Shown one piece after another: positions 10,196-21,133 of a stretch of 64,000 bases of DNA. A model generated the notes under the pieces. It searched no databases. It saw nothing but the letters and a program-made list of their open reading frames with translations, and was not told where the DNA came from. The stretch covers positions 1,344,001 to 1,408,000 of the forward strand of contig CAWKDC010000001.1 in the NCBI GenBank assembly GCA_963848305.1. The letters run 5' to 3'. The number at the start of each line of letters is the position of its first letter. Position 1 is the stretch's first letter. The position numbers and the translations under genes were made by a program. The stretch is from an uncultured Gammaproteobacteria bacterium. Its GTDB lineage: Bacteria; Pseudomonadota; Gammaproteobacteria; JABCZS01.

Positions 10196-11491
10196 ATGAA
10201 GGCAGGATATACGTTGGCTTGGTCAGAAGGAACATACCTCACACAGCAGCATTTTCAGTGTTGGGGAAAAACCATTGATCAGATCTACCTGAGCGTTATA
10301 AATCACCTCGTCCCTTATGCATACGGCGTGATGCAATGCGAATTCGATGACGACGCGATTCGGCAAGGCATTTGTCGTCTCACATCGCTGCAATTGCTGA
10401 CAAGATCGGGTCACCACATCGTGTATCAATCAACACACATGCCAGTGGTTGAGTGTCTGCTCAATGATTCATCCGCATTGATTTATCTCCACTGGTCTCA
10501 GAATGATTTGTGTCGGGGCTTGAGCGGGTATGACAATATGGGGCCTGCGCCACAATTCGAGGTCGAATATCACTTGATCAGGGATATGCATGATACTCAA
10601 AGAGCTCAGGAAGTGGCATTCAAGCGATATCGTATCGAGTTAAGCAACAGCCCCATGGCTGCTGAAGGCACGTATTCCATGCCAATTGCAAGGGTTCGTC
10701 ACAACGTGGGGAATCAGTATGAATTCGATAAAGCATACATGCCCACTGCCATGAGTTTCAAAGCAGTACCATCTTTTAATTTGTTTTTAGAACGCTTGAT
10801 TCCAGTTATCACGCATAAGCTATCTTCACTCAAGCAACAATTGTCAAGAAAGTGGGATGCAGGATCGCATATTGAGGCAAATGTTTGGTCACAATGTTTG
10901 ATATCATTAATGCAAATAAAGTCGCACCAAATCGCGCACCCTTATGATGTTTATCTTGTCTTGATAATCGCAATTCAGCAGTTATTTATCGCTAAAACAG
11001 AAGACTGCAATCTGCCAACATACTGTCACGAAGCTTTGACAGAGACATTTTCTGGCATCGAAAATATATTGAACACATTGTGCTTAATTGATGCAGTGCC
11101 TGAAGAAGACAAGATTTTTCTAACGAAAATAGATGAGCATCACTTGACAACAGGACACATTCCGGGCGATGTGATTCATGCCTATGAGTGGTATTTGGGT
11201 GTGAACATGCATGCGGATGATGTGAAGTGGGTGCAGCAATTTGTGCAACAAGTGAAATTGGGTACGGCGGAAACGCTGCCCAGTATTTTGATGTCTGCGT
11301 TGCCAGGCATATCATTACAGCATGTTCAACGTCCTCCCTCATCCATCGTGCTTAAGAGCGGATACGAATATTTTCGAATGAAAAAAGGTGATGCCTATTG
11401 GCAATCGATGGTCTCGCATCAAAATATGAAAATATACCTTCCGCGTCCATTTCACATGGCATCGTTGACGTTGGATATTATCAAGGAGTAG
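10196..11491 (+). CDS. tssK: T6SS baseplate subunit TssK
   Basis: WSEGTYLTQQHFQ, HPYDVY and SALPGISLQHVQRPP..YEYF. Confidence 0.9.
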   Translation: MKAGYTLAWSEGTYLTQQHFQCWGKTIDQIYLSVINHLVPYAYGVMQCEFDDDAIRQGICRLTSLQLLTRSGHHIVYQSTHMPVVECLLNDSSALIYLHWSQNDLCRGLSGYDNMGPAPQFEVEYHLIRDMHDTQRAQEVAFKRYRIELSNSPMAAEGTYSMPIARVRHNVGNQYEFDKAYMPTAMSFKAVPSFNLFLERLIPVITHKLSSLKQQLSRKWDAGSHIEANVWSQCLISLMQIKSHQIAHPYDVYLVLIIAIQQLFIAKTEDCNLPTYCHEALTETFSGIENILNTLCLIDAVPEEDKIFLTKIDEHHLTTGHIPGDVIHAYEWYLGVNMHADDVKWVQQFVQQVKLGTAETLPSILMSALPGISLQHVQRPPSSIVLKSGYEYFRMKKGDAYWQSMVSHQNMKIYLPRPFHMASLTLDIIKE

Positions 11492-11495
11492 GCGC

Positions 11496-12113
11496 TTGAA
11501 AAAGACATATACATTATTAGATTGCGCGATGCCCATCTTTAAGATGCTCGGTCAAATGGAATATTCGTGTGGGTCGCAATTACGTGCGTTGCTACATCAA
11601 TTTGAATGTAAAGCCTACGAGCATCATATTCCCAGTCATCAGGTGCATGACGCTAAATACGCACTTGCCGCATTGATCGATGAAACAATCTTGAGATCTC
11701 CACACGCAGATAAAGATAATTGGATATCGCAGCTTATACAAGTGGAGCAATTCGGCGAGCATATGGCAGGTGAGAATTTTTTTAAATGGTTAGACCGTGT
11801 TAAAAGTAACGGTCCTGAATATCTGCCCGTCCTAGAAGTATATTATGTGTGCCTCAAAATGGGATTTCAGGGGCGGTACACAGTGGAAGGCCAAGAAAAA
11901 CTGAATGCCATTCATGTGGATGTGAAGCACACGATTGATCTTTGTCTCGGTTCTGTCAATCCCTATTTGTCTAGACCGCTCGAGTCTCGTCAATCATCCG
12001 AAAATTCTAGGCGTCATTTTCCGTGGTGGGGTTATTCAGCAGGATCTTTCGTGTGTATTCTGATTTTTTATATCGGCTATAGCATGGTTTTAAACAGCGT
12101 GGTGTCATCATGA
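11496..12113 (+). CDS. tssL: T6SS membrane subunit TssL (DotU family), no OmpA domain
   Basis: AKYALAALIDE, AGENFF, LEVYYVCLKMGFQGRY and a C-terminal TM. Confidence 0.92.
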   Translation: MKKTYTLLDCAMPIFKMLGQMEYSCGSQLRALLHQFECKAYEHHIPSHQVHDAKYALAALIDETILRSPHADKDNWISQLIQVEQFGEHMAGENFFKWLDRVKSNGPEYLPVLEVYYVCLKMGFQGRYTVEGQEKLNAIHVDVKHTIDLCLGSVNPYLSRPLESRQSSENSRRHFPWWGYSAGSFVCILIFYIGYSMVLNSVVSS

Positions 12114-15100
12114 AGAAAATGATCGGGATTAATGTGATCATCACCACAGTGATAGGATTTGTCACGTGGTGCATCATTCATGCAAGTGAATTTGTTTGGA
12201 AAATATTGTTTGTTATGATATGTATCTTGGGAATATGCATCAGTGTTTACTTGTGCTATCGATTGAGACTATTTTCCCGTGGAAAGCAGCTATTTGAAGC
12301 AATTCAACAACAGAACACTGAAGAACACGCATTAGAAGTGTCAGCCTTGCGCGAAAAAATAAAGGAAGCAATTGCTGCTGTCAAAGTGTCAACCCTGTAC
12401 ACGTTACCCTGGTTCATAATTATCGGCCCATCTGCTGCAGGAAAAAGTACACTGCTGCGACATTCTGGATTGCATTTTCCCTATTCACGTCACAAGGATA
12501 TTGACATAAAAGGTTTTGCTGGCACACGGAATTGTGACTGGTGGTTTGCAGATGAAGCGATCATTCTTGACACGGCGGGTCGTTATACCACAGAAGCAGA
12601 TGATAAACCCGAATGGTTAGCATTTTTAGACATGCTTAAGAAATTCAGAAGACGCGCACCTATTAACGGAGTCATTGTTGCATTGAGTCTATCCGATATC
12701 TTGCATTCGACAGAGCAGGAAATTGAAGATCATGTGCAAGTCATTCGTGCGCGACTCGATGAATTGATTGATCGGCTAGGTGTGGTTTTTCCAGTTCATA
12801 TCATTTTAACTAAATGTGATCTGCTGGATGGTTTCCAAGCCTATATGGCGGATATGGGGATTGATGGACGTGAGCAGGTGTGGGGATTTCAACTCAACTC
12901 ACGCAGATATGATGAAGCTTCTGTGGTTGATGCCCTGCAATCTCTTTATAGTAAATTATGTGATATGCGAATGCATAAACTCACATTGCAGCCTCAATCT
13001 GCTGAACGGATCGAGATATTGGCTTTTCCTACGGTATTCCATGAGATGACGAAAAAGCTTAAACCGTTCCTTGAATTGTTGTTGAAGGAAAATCCTTATC
13101 AGGAACAGGCTGATTTCAAAGGAGTATACCTTACCAGTGCATATCAGGGGCAAAAAACAAATCCAAGTTTTTTTGTGAAACATCTGTTTAAAAAAATCAT
13201 TTTCCAAGACAAATTTCTTGTCCGTAGCGAGTACGCAAGAAAGATGAACCTTTCTCTTCACACGTGCTCGGCTGTTTTATCGGGTTTAATGTTGATTACA
13301 GCCATTGTGCTGCTACAGTCAAGTTATGGCATACACAAGAAGGTTTATGCCAAGGTTGAATCGATACTTGATCGACAGTTGACGATCGGCGCAGGGTTTT
13401 CGCGGCAGAAATGGCAATCACTGATGAAGCTACACGAAGAATATGTAGACATCATGCACTTAACTGATCACAAAACATTGTCATTGTTGATGATGAACAA
13501 GTTGGAACGTGCGCAAGAGAAACTGCGCATAGAATGGATGGCTCAAATGCAGGCGTTATTTCAACAAGATGTGGCGGAATATCTTGAAATAAATTTGGAA
13601 AATCATGCATTAGATTGGATTAATTTAACCGTCGAGCAGCAAAATGCTGTTTATGGATCTTTCTATGATAACTTGAAAACCTATTTAATGCTCACAGATC
13701 CCAAAAAGTTCATGGATAAAGCTTATGCGCAACCTAAGTTATCAGCGATCTGGCAGTATATACTTCAAAATCGTTATGGAGATTTTTCACTTCCACACGA
13801 CAAGATCAATGCAATGGTGGGCACCTACATTGAGGTGATCAAGACAAATCATCAGATGCAATATGCTTGGAGAAGTGATCAGACACTTATTGCTCAGGCG
13901 CAAAGTATCCTTAACATTGATCCATCTGCTGATTCGATTTATGCACATTTCATGAGTGATTTGAATGATCGTTTAGGATATACCTCCCTCAATGAATTGA
14001 TGGGTGGTAAATCGTATGGATTGTTCACCAGTGAAATGAGTATGCCAAAGGCATTCACGAAACAATATATTAACAGTGATGTATTGCCAGCTATCGACGC
14101 ATCTGTGGCACGTGCATTGGAAGGTGATTGGGTGCTGAATAATCAACACGGGAGCGCAGATGAACAACTTAAAAAGAAACTATCCGAACAGCTTCGTGGC
14201 CAATATTTTTTAGCATATGCAGATGCATGGTTTAGCCTGATTGCTTCAGTCAAGATCAAACCCTTTCAGTCATTGAGTGATGCATCGAATAAGCTGTCAT
14301 TATTGCAGCAGCCTTCAGGCCCTTTCTCAACATTCATGGGAGTGATTAGAGATAACGTGTTTGTATCTGATCACCTGGACGTTCCAACAAAGATCTCAGA
14401 CAAGATGCCATCACCGATGCGGGCTCCTGAATTGGAAAAACCATTTTATGCTTTACGGCGCTTGACACAGCCGGCTGAAAAAATGAATGTCTCTGAAGCA
14501 ATGAATCAATATTTGCATTTAATAGGACGTGTGCACAATGACTTATTGCGTATTACGCACAGCAGCGATGCTGCCAGAGAGGCAGAAGTATACGCGCGAA
14601 GTGTATTGCTGGGGTCAGAGACTGAGATTTCTAAAGCAGTATCAAGTTTGTCTTTCTTGCTTGATTCTACAACCAATACACCTGAAGCGATGTCATATGG
14701 TGAGAGGACCCGTCAATCTATGGAACCCTTATTATTTTCTGTCATCGAGAATGCATGGGAATCCATTTTGGCGAATGTGGCTGTTCACTTGCAAAAAGGG
14801 TGGGATGCACAAGTTGTCGATGTCTATAACGATACACTGCGATACAAATTTCCCTTTTCGAAAAAGAATGTTGATGCTTCATTAGAAGACGTCTCAAATT
14901 TTTTCAACCCAAACAATGGCATTTTAAGTCGTTTTCAAGAGACATATCTGTCACCTTATTTGACCTGGACACGTCAGGGTTATGAGCCGCAGACATGGCT
15001 CGGCAAAGGCATACAGTTTTCTGCCGAATTCATTGACTCACTTAACACAGCAAAGAGGATTTCGGAAGGATTATTCAAATCACGCAGTGGTCATCTTGAG

Positions 15101-15556
15101 CTCACCTTTTATGTGTCGCCCGTGCCTACACCAGACATTGAAGAAGTGATTTTTGACAGCAACGGTCAAATGTATCGTTACCGTAATGAACCTGAGGAAT
15201 GGAGACAGTTTGTTTGGCCAGGTGATTCAGCTGAAACGGGTGCACGTTTATATGCATCTAAAAATGAACAATCACAATGGGCAGAAATCTACCATCCAGG
15301 TGTGTGGGGTTTGTTTCATTTGTTAAATGCGGCAAAGTTAACAGGTGAAGGCGGGGCTCAGTACTTATCTCAATGGCAGGTGAAGGATGACAGTGGGAAA
15401 TGGATGAATGTTCGTTTCAAATTAAAAGCAGATAAGCAGCATAATATTTTTGAGCCTGGGTTGTTGCAAACACTTGTATTGCCTGCAGACATTACAGGGC
15501 AAGCATCTTTGCTGGTTGCTCATCGGGCGGAGGATGGTCATGTTTCAATTCCTTAA
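12110..15556 (+). CDS. tssM: T6SS membrane subunit TssM (IcmF)
   Basis: LYTLPWFIIIGPSAAGKST, GTRNCDWWF, LDTAGRY, PINGVIV, FPVHIILTKCDLLDGF. Confidence 0.95.
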   Translation: MKKMIGINVIITTVIGFVTWCIIHASEFVWKILFVMICILGICISVYLCYRLRLFSRGKQLFEAIQQQNTEEHALEVSALREKIKEAIAAVKVSTLYTLPWFIIIGPSAAGKSTLLRHSGLHFPYSRHKDIDIKGFAGTRNCDWWFADEAIILDTAGRYTTEADDKPEWLAFLDMLKKFRRRAPINGVIVALSLSDILHSTEQEIEDHVQVIRARLDELIDRLGVVFPVHIILTKCDLLDGFQAYMADMGIDGREQVWGFQLNSRRYDEASVVDALQSLYSKLCDMRMHKLTLQPQSAERIEILAFPTVFHEMTKKLKPFLELLLKENPYQEQADFKGVYLTSAYQGQKTNPSFFVKHLFKKIIFQDKFLVRSEYARKMNLSLHTCSAVLSGLMLITAIVLLQSSYGIHKKVYAKVESILDRQLTIGAGFSRQKWQSLMKLHEEYVDIMHLTDHKTLSLLMMNKLERAQEKLRIEWMAQMQALFQQDVAEYLEINLENHALDWINLTVEQQNAVYGSFYDNLKTYLMLTDPKKFMDKAYAQPKLSAIWQYILQNRYGDFSLPHDKINAMVGTYIEVIKTNHQMQYAWRSDQTLIAQAQSILNIDPSADSIYAHFMSDLNDRLGYTSLNELMGGKSYGLFTSEMSMPKAFTKQYINSDVLPAIDASVARALEGDWVLNNQHGSADEQLKKKLSEQLRGQYFLAYADAWFSLIASVKIKPFQSLSDASNKLSLLQQPSGPFSTFMGVIRDNVFVSDHLDVPTKISDKMPSPMRAPELEKPFYALRRLTQPAEKMNVSEAMNQYLHLIGRVHNDLLRITHSSDAAREAEVYARSVLLGSETEISKAVSSLSFLLDSTTNTPEAMSYGERTRQSMEPLLFSVIENAWESILANVAVHLQKGWDAQVVDVYNDTLRYKFPFSKKNVDASLEDVSNFFNPNNGILSRFQETYLSPYLTWTRQGYEPQTWLGKGIQFSAEFIDSLNTAKRISEGLFKSRSGHLELTFYVSPVPTPDIEEVIFDSNGQMYRYRNEPEEWRQFVWPGDSAETGARLYASKNEQSQWAEIYHPGVWGLFHLLNAAKLTGEGGAQYLSQWQVKDDSGKWMNVRFKLKADKQHNIFEPGLLQTLVLPADITGQASLLVAHRAEDGHVSIP

Positions 15557-16475
15557 AAAGCAAAAAACCTCTCCAAGATTATTGTCTTCATTTTCAATAT
15601 TCGGCAAGTTGCCGGGTATGGCTGATTTTATAAAAATTAATGCGCATTCAGAGCAAGCTGTTGAAATCAATGAGGCTGTTGCGCATTTGTGGTCTGAATT
15701 GCATGAAAAATCAATCAGCCTTGATAGAGAGTTTAGCTTGCAATGTGTTTTCGAGGAAAAGGATCATCATGTCCTCATTCAGATGATACACAGCAGAGAT
15801 AAAATCGGAAGGTGTTATCCCTTAACTACTTTTTGCCATTTGAAAAGCGAATTCATGACTCTGTGGCAGCCTGCTGCACCATTGATCACTGAGCCCGTCG
15901 TTTCTTTTATGAAAAGCTTGCAGGAACAAGATCATCTCAATTCAAGGTCATCTTTAGAGACTGCCTGTGAATCATCGAAGCATATCCTATTTGAACAGAC
16001 TAAAGCATCCTTGCTTGAATCGGAAGTAAAGCTATTAAAGTCTTGTGATCAAGGTACCTTCATCCAATCAGCCTACCCAGATGAGAAACTAGAAATGATT
16101 GCTTCGAGCATCCTAAATAACGCAAGCGATATTTTGGCATTTAAGGAGGATGAACATAAACCTCTCTCATTTCGATTATCAAAAGATCATGTCTTGACTT
16201 CCGCGGTATTTTGGCTTCAGTGGATAGAGACACTTTTACAACCTAAACGCTGGCCGTTACATTATTGCATCATCAACACCAATCATTTCGCTCAACTGCA
16301 TGTTTGGTTCGAGAAGCCTCTAAAGCTCACAATGAATGATTGGATGTTTATGAATCAACCATTGAAAAAAAATCTTCATAAATGTGAGCGGCTCGAAGCT
16401 GTTTTAATGAAAAAAGATATCACCTTATGTGACGCTCTGTATCTTTGGAAGCAGGAGGTATTAAGATGTGATTGA
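15540..16475 (+). CDS. tagF: T6SS-associated protein TagF
   Basis: FGKLPGMADFI and SRDKIGRCYP motifs; lies directly after tssM; GGAGG before ATG 15540. Confidence 0.8.
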   Translation: MFQFLKKQKTSPRLLSSFSIFGKLPGMADFIKINAHSEQAVEINEAVAHLWSELHEKSISLDREFSLQCVFEEKDHHVLIQMIHSRDKIGRCYPLTTFCHLKSEFMTLWQPAAPLITEPVVSFMKSLQEQDHLNSRSSLETACESSKHILFEQTKASLLESEVKLLKSCDQGTFIQSAYPDEKLEMIASSILNNASDILAFKEDEHKPLSFRLSKDHVLTSAVFWLQWIETLLQPKRWPLHYCIINTNHFAQLHVWFEKPLKLTMNDWMFMNQPLKKNLHKCERLEAVLMKKDITLCDALYLWKQEVLRCD

Positions 16476-16529
16476 TGAAAATACATTCATACGTGAAAGA
16501 AAGTATATATAGAAAACATGAGGTAAGAT

Positions 16530-17033
16530 ATGACGAACGCATTTCATAACGAAATTCCGAAAAGCAGAATTAACCTTTCTATTGACGTTAATGTCGATGG
16601 GAAAACAAAAACAGTGGCACTGCCACATAAGACATTGGTACTGGGAAATTTTTCAGCCGGCCACAATCAATTGCCTGTTCAGGAACGCGAAAAGAAAAAT
16701 GTCACAAGAGACAATATAGATTCAGTGATGAAGGATGTTTCGCCGACATTGGATTTGTCATTGCCGAATAGAATATCAAAAAATTCAAATGAGCTTAATG
16801 CGAAATTGAAATTTTCCTCATTAAAAGACTTTCATCCCGAATCTATTGCTCTTCAAGTGCCGGAGATGAAGCGATTGCTTGCCATGCGTCATTTGCTCAA
16901 GGATTTGCGAGCCCATATGTCAGACAATCAGGCATTGAAGGAACTGCTGAAAAACGTCATGCAATCTTCTCAAAACCTTAAAATGTTCCAGGAAGAAGTA
17001 GCACGTCTTGTCAATGATCATCAGGGAGAATAG
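16530..17033 (+). CDS. tssB: T6SS sheath small subunit TssB
   Basis: FHNEIPKSRINL, LPHKTLVLGNFS, DFHPESIALQVPEMKRLLAMRHLLKDL. Confidence 0.95.
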   Translation: MTNAFHNEIPKSRINLSIDVNVDGKTKTVALPHKTLVLGNFSAGHNQLPVQEREKKNVTRDNIDSVMKDVSPTLDLSLPNRISKNSNELNAKLKFSSLKDFHPESIALQVPEMKRLLAMRHLLKDLRAHMSDNQALKELLKNVMQSSQNLKMFQEEVARLVNDHQGE

Positions 17034-17038
17034 GAGTT

Positions 17039-18533
17039 ATGATGAATTTATCTTTTTACGAATCAGTATGTCAGGTCGCAAATGTAGTGCCCATGCGAGA
17101 GCAATGTCGGGTAAACATTGATGATTATAGTCAGCGTCATTTACTGGCGGATACATCATCGAGTGAACGCTTAACTGTTTCGTTGGCAGCACTGCTCGAT
17201 TGTCTGAACACTGCTTCTTTGCCTACGCAAACACCAATCGATAATCAACTTATTGACCTGCTCATTGCGAATATTGATGAAAAACTGAGTGCACTATTAG
17301 ATGATATTTTGCACCATCCTGAATTTCAATCTTTAGAATCCCTATGGCGCAGCTTGGCTTATCTGGTGCAGGATTCTGATGCCCGATCCAATGTCAAAGT
17401 GGATATTCTTGATGTGTCAAAACAAGATCTACTGTCAGATTTTGAAGATGCACCAGATTCGACATCCAGTGGTCTCTATCATCATGTCTATACTCAAGAA
17501 TATGACATGCCAGGTGGCGAACCCTACAGTGCGATTGTGTCAGACTATGCATTTGATAAAACACCACAAGATATTGGGTTACTAAAGGAAATTGCTCGTG
17601 TTTGTTCATCTGCCCATTGTCCATTTATCGGGAATGTTGATGCGCAATTTTTTGACAAATCAGATTTCGAGGAAGTCATGAAAATCAAAGATTTGTCCAG
17701 TTATTTTGAACGAGCAGAATATATCCGCTGGCAAAGTTTTAGAAAAACAGATGACAGTCGCTATATTGGCCTGGTATTGCCAAAATTTCTCCTCAGGCTT
17801 CCTTATGGAGATGAGACATTGCGTGTGCGCAGTTTCAGTTATGCTGAAAATGTCATCGATGAAAATCATCAGAAATATTTGTGGGGATGTGGCAGTTTTG
17901 CCTTTGCTTCGAATATGGCCAGATCGTTTCGAAAACACGGCTGGACATTGAATATTCGAGCTGCCTGAGTCGGGTGGTAAAGTCGAAAACCTTCCCATGC
18001 ATCATTACGATGTCGGTAAAGGGATTCAAACTAAAATTCCCACAGAGGTAACTATTCCTGAAACACGCGAAATTGCGTTTGCTGAACTGGGTTTCATTCC
18101 GCTCAGCTATTACAAAAACAGTGATTTTGCCTGCTTTTTTTCAGCAAACTCTATACAGATGCCTGCGCTCTATGATGATGATCATGCGCAAGCCAATAGT
18201 CGCATCAATTCGCGTCTTCCGTATGTGCTATTGATTTCACGTTTAGCACACTATTTGAAAGTATTGCAACGCGAAAATATCGGCACGCAAAAATCACGCG
18301 AACATTTACAGGGGGAATTGAACCAGTGGTTGTCACGCTGGGTGACTGAAAAATCCAATCCATCCCCTGAAACAATTGCTCGATATCCCTTATCCAGTGC
18401 TTCAGTCACAGTACATGATGTGCCTGAAAATCCAGGATATTATCGAGTGGAGTTAAACGTCGTCCCACATTTTCAAGTAGAGGGAATGGACATTACTTTG
18501 TCATTGGTGTCTCAATTGCCGACGAAAAAGTAA
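17039..18533 (+). CDS. tssC: T6SS sheath large subunit TssC; +1 indel at ~17960
   Basis: ILHHPEFQSLESLWR, EYDMPGGEP, RYIGLVLPKFLLRLPYG, then IR[GP]ESGG and PTEVTIPETRE...SRLAHYLKVLQRENIG. Confidence 0.93.
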
Positions 18534-18575
18534 CTTGAAAATAATGCAACATCAACCAACAACAGGAGAAATAAT

Positions 18576-19076
18576 ATGCCAACACCTATCTATATGTGGA
18601 TAAAAGATGAATCAGGTGCACAGATTCAGGGGAGCGTCAAAATGACGGACGATCGCATGGGCAGCATAGAGGTCATCGAACTTAACCATGTGATCGCTAT
18701 CCCAACAGACAAACACAGTGGAGCGTTAACGGGGATGCGTCGACACGATGCATTGTGTCTTAAAAAAGCAGTCGACAAAAGTTCTGTCGATTTATTTCAA
18801 GCGGTGACAACGGGTCGCAATTTGAAAGAAGTGGTTTTACGGTTTTACGAAATCAATCGTGAGGGCATTGAGCAAGAGTATTATCGCATTTCATATGAGG
18901 ATGTTAAAGTCACCTCGTTTAAAACAGTTCTGCCCAATGTCAAGGATCCTGTCTCAGAACGTTTTCCGCATTTGGAAGAAGTGGAATTCCGATACAAAAG
19001 GATGACAGTTAATTTCACGAAAGGAAATTTGACCCATTCTGATGCATGGGAAGAGCGCGTCGCAAGAATTGCATAG
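18576..19076 (+). CDS. hcp: T6SS tube protein Hcp (TssD)
   Basis: MPTPIYMWI, GSIEV, IPTDKHSGALTGMRRH, KAVDKSS, HLEEVEFRY. Confidence 0.95.
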   Translation: MPTPIYMWIKDESGAQIQGSVKMTDDRMGSIEVIELNHVIAIPTDKHSGALTGMRRHDALCLKKAVDKSSVDLFQAVTTGRNLKEVVLRFYEINREGIEQEYYRISYEDVKVTSFKTVLPNVKDPVSERFPHLEEVEFRYKRMTVNFTKGNLTHSDAWEERVARIA

Positions 19077-19098
19077 AAATATATAAAGAGGAATAAAC

Positions 19099-19458
19099 AT
19101 GCAAACAAATTTATTTCAATCATTGACGTCGCGCCCACCTTATGGTGGGCGTGAAGCGATACGGTCTTCCATCGATGCCTTGCTGAATGCAAAGTCGGGT
19201 AGGGTTCCTTATGATTTCGGGTTACCTGATTTCTTGGATTCAATGTCTCGAGATTATTTTCAAAAACTTTCCTATATGCTGACGCATAAAATCAAACAAT
19301 CAGATTCCAGAATTGAACGTGTCACCTGCGAGCGAATGACGGAACCGGCCTCTTTAGGAGCCACCTGTTATCATTTGACTATCATGCTGATGACGAGTGA
19401 ATCATTTGATTTATACATAAAAGCAGATTGGTTGGGGAGATTTGATGTCAGTTTCTGA
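19099..19458 (+). CDS. tssE: T6SS baseplate subunit TssE (gp25-like)
   Basis: SIDALLNAKSG..DFGLPDF...DSRI; position between hcp and tssF. Confidence 0.8.
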   Translation: MQTNLFQSLTSRPPYGGREAIRSSIDALLNAKSGRVPYDFGLPDFLDSMSRDYFQKLSYMLTHKIKQSDSRIERVTCERMTEPASLGATCYHLTIMLMTSESFDLYIKADWLGRFDVSF

Positions 19459-21133
19459 TTCGCTGAAAACCTATTATGATCGTGAATGGAAGCGTTTACA
19501 AACAGATGCCAAGGTGTTTTCTAAAGCTTATCCTGAGCAAGCCGGTCATTTGCATTTGGATGCACCTTTTGGCAGGGATCCCAATATTGATCATTTGCTT
19601 CAAGGTTGTACGTATCTCGCTGCACAAATTCATCATCATATCGATAAAACATCAGATGATATGCCTACCCAATTAATGATGCAATTGTGGCCGCAGCTTC
19701 TCCAGGATGTGCCTTCATATTCGATCGCACAATTTAAAATGACATCGCGCATGGCGCCTTCGCAACGTGTTCCTGCGAAAACGCCGCTGGTCAGCAAGCC
19801 AGTGGGAGATGAAGAGATATCGTGTCGATTTGAAACCGTGAATGATCTGTCAGTCTACCCATTTGACATTCACACTGTATCCATCAAACATCATCAAAAA
19901 GCTGTGAGTTTTGTCATCAACGCTGCTTTTGAAAGGCCATTTTTGTTGAACAACATCGATCAGTTATTCTTTTATTTGTCAGATGATCATGTCAACGCCT
20001 GCATATTTTATCATTTTTTGAGACAACATTGCATAAAGGTTGAGTTATGTGTAGAGGGGGCTGTTATTCATCAAGAGTTGAAAATTAATTTCCCAATAAA
20101 CACAAAAAACCGTGCTGAATCAGATTTGATTTCGTATCAATATCTTTTTGATTATTTTTCATTTTTACAGCAATATTTTATATTGTCACTCTCTGGGTTT
20201 TCATTGATGCCAGATAAATTGGATGCTAAGCAATTTGAGGTCGTCTTTCACTTTGATCGTCCATTTCCAAATTTCTATTCTATGGGCAACACATCAATCA
20301 CATTGAATACTGCATTGATTGTCAATACATTTTCCATAGATTGCGAGCCGATAGAATATGATCACGCTCATTATCAATATCCTGTTTGTGCTGATAGATA
20401 TCATGCTGACGTGGTAAGGATATGTTCCATCGAATCAGTCCAAGGAATAGATAGGAACACTGGATCTGTCACAGAATACAGCCCACTGTCGCATCTTGAA
20501 GATGTTTTACGCCCATCGTACACAGTATCTCGCGACCAGGGTAATCGCGCTCAATATTCTGTCAGCTGCTTTAACACAGTATTGTCACCACAAGTTTTAT
20601 CCATCAAGGCAACAGTGTGTCAAGGGTTTTATCCAAAACGTTTTGTGCCGCTCAACAGTTTATCGCTTTCAGCCTCATCGATGAGTCACCTCTGCAGTGC
20701 GACAAATATCCTGACTCCAACTCAGATGTTGTCTCCACCAATAGGTCTTGTATCAAAACATTTTATTCGATATTTTACATTGAATTTAGAGAGTGTGCTA
20801 TCAGCTGATCCTTTAAAGGCATTGCTTCGAGCATTGAATTGGTCGAATGATGCGCAACACAAAAAACGTATTGACGGGATTCTGTCGATAACGTCTGAAT
20901 TAAAATCTCGAGTGATGCGAGGGGCATTTTGCATTGTCATTGATATTCAATTACAACTGAAAAGTGACTGCTTTGTTTCTGCTGGCGATATGTATCTGTT
21001 CGGCGATGTGTTGCATGCATTTTTTAAAGCGAAAACCTCGCTTGGTCAGATGATTGCACTTACTGTCATCACTTATCCTGAGGAGTATGAATTTGTATGG
21101 AAACCGCAATGCGGGATAAAACATTTGCTATAA
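19445..21133 (+). CDS. tssF: T6SS baseplate subunit TssF
   Basis: YYDREW..FSKAYP..DPNIDHLLQG, PSYSIAQF, GDMYLFGDVLHAFF. Confidence 0.92.
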   Translation: MSVSDSLKTYYDREWKRLQTDAKVFSKAYPEQAGHLHLDAPFGRDPNIDHLLQGCTYLAAQIHHHIDKTSDDMPTQLMMQLWPQLLQDVPSYSIAQFKMTSRMAPSQRVPAKTPLVSKPVGDEEISCRFETVNDLSVYPFDIHTVSIKHHQKAVSFVINAAFERPFLLNNIDQLFFYLSDDHVNACIFYHFLRQHCIKVELCVEGAVIHQELKINFPINTKNRAESDLISYQYLFDYFSFLQQYFILSLSGFSLMPDKLDAKQFEVVFHFDRPFPNFYSMGNTSITLNTALIVNTFSIDCEPIEYDHAHYQYPVCADRYHADVVRICSIESVQGIDRNTGSVTEYSPLSHLEDVLRPSYTVSRDQGNRAQYSVSCFNTVLSPQVLSIKATVCQGFYPKRFVPLNSLSLSASSMSHLCSATNILTPTQMLSPPIGLVSKHFIRYFTLNLESVLSADPLKALLRALNWSNDAQHKKRIDGILSITSELKSRVMRGAFCIVIDIQLQLKSDCFVSAGDMYLFGDVLHAFFKAKTSLGQMIALTVITYPEEYEFVWKPQCGIKHLL

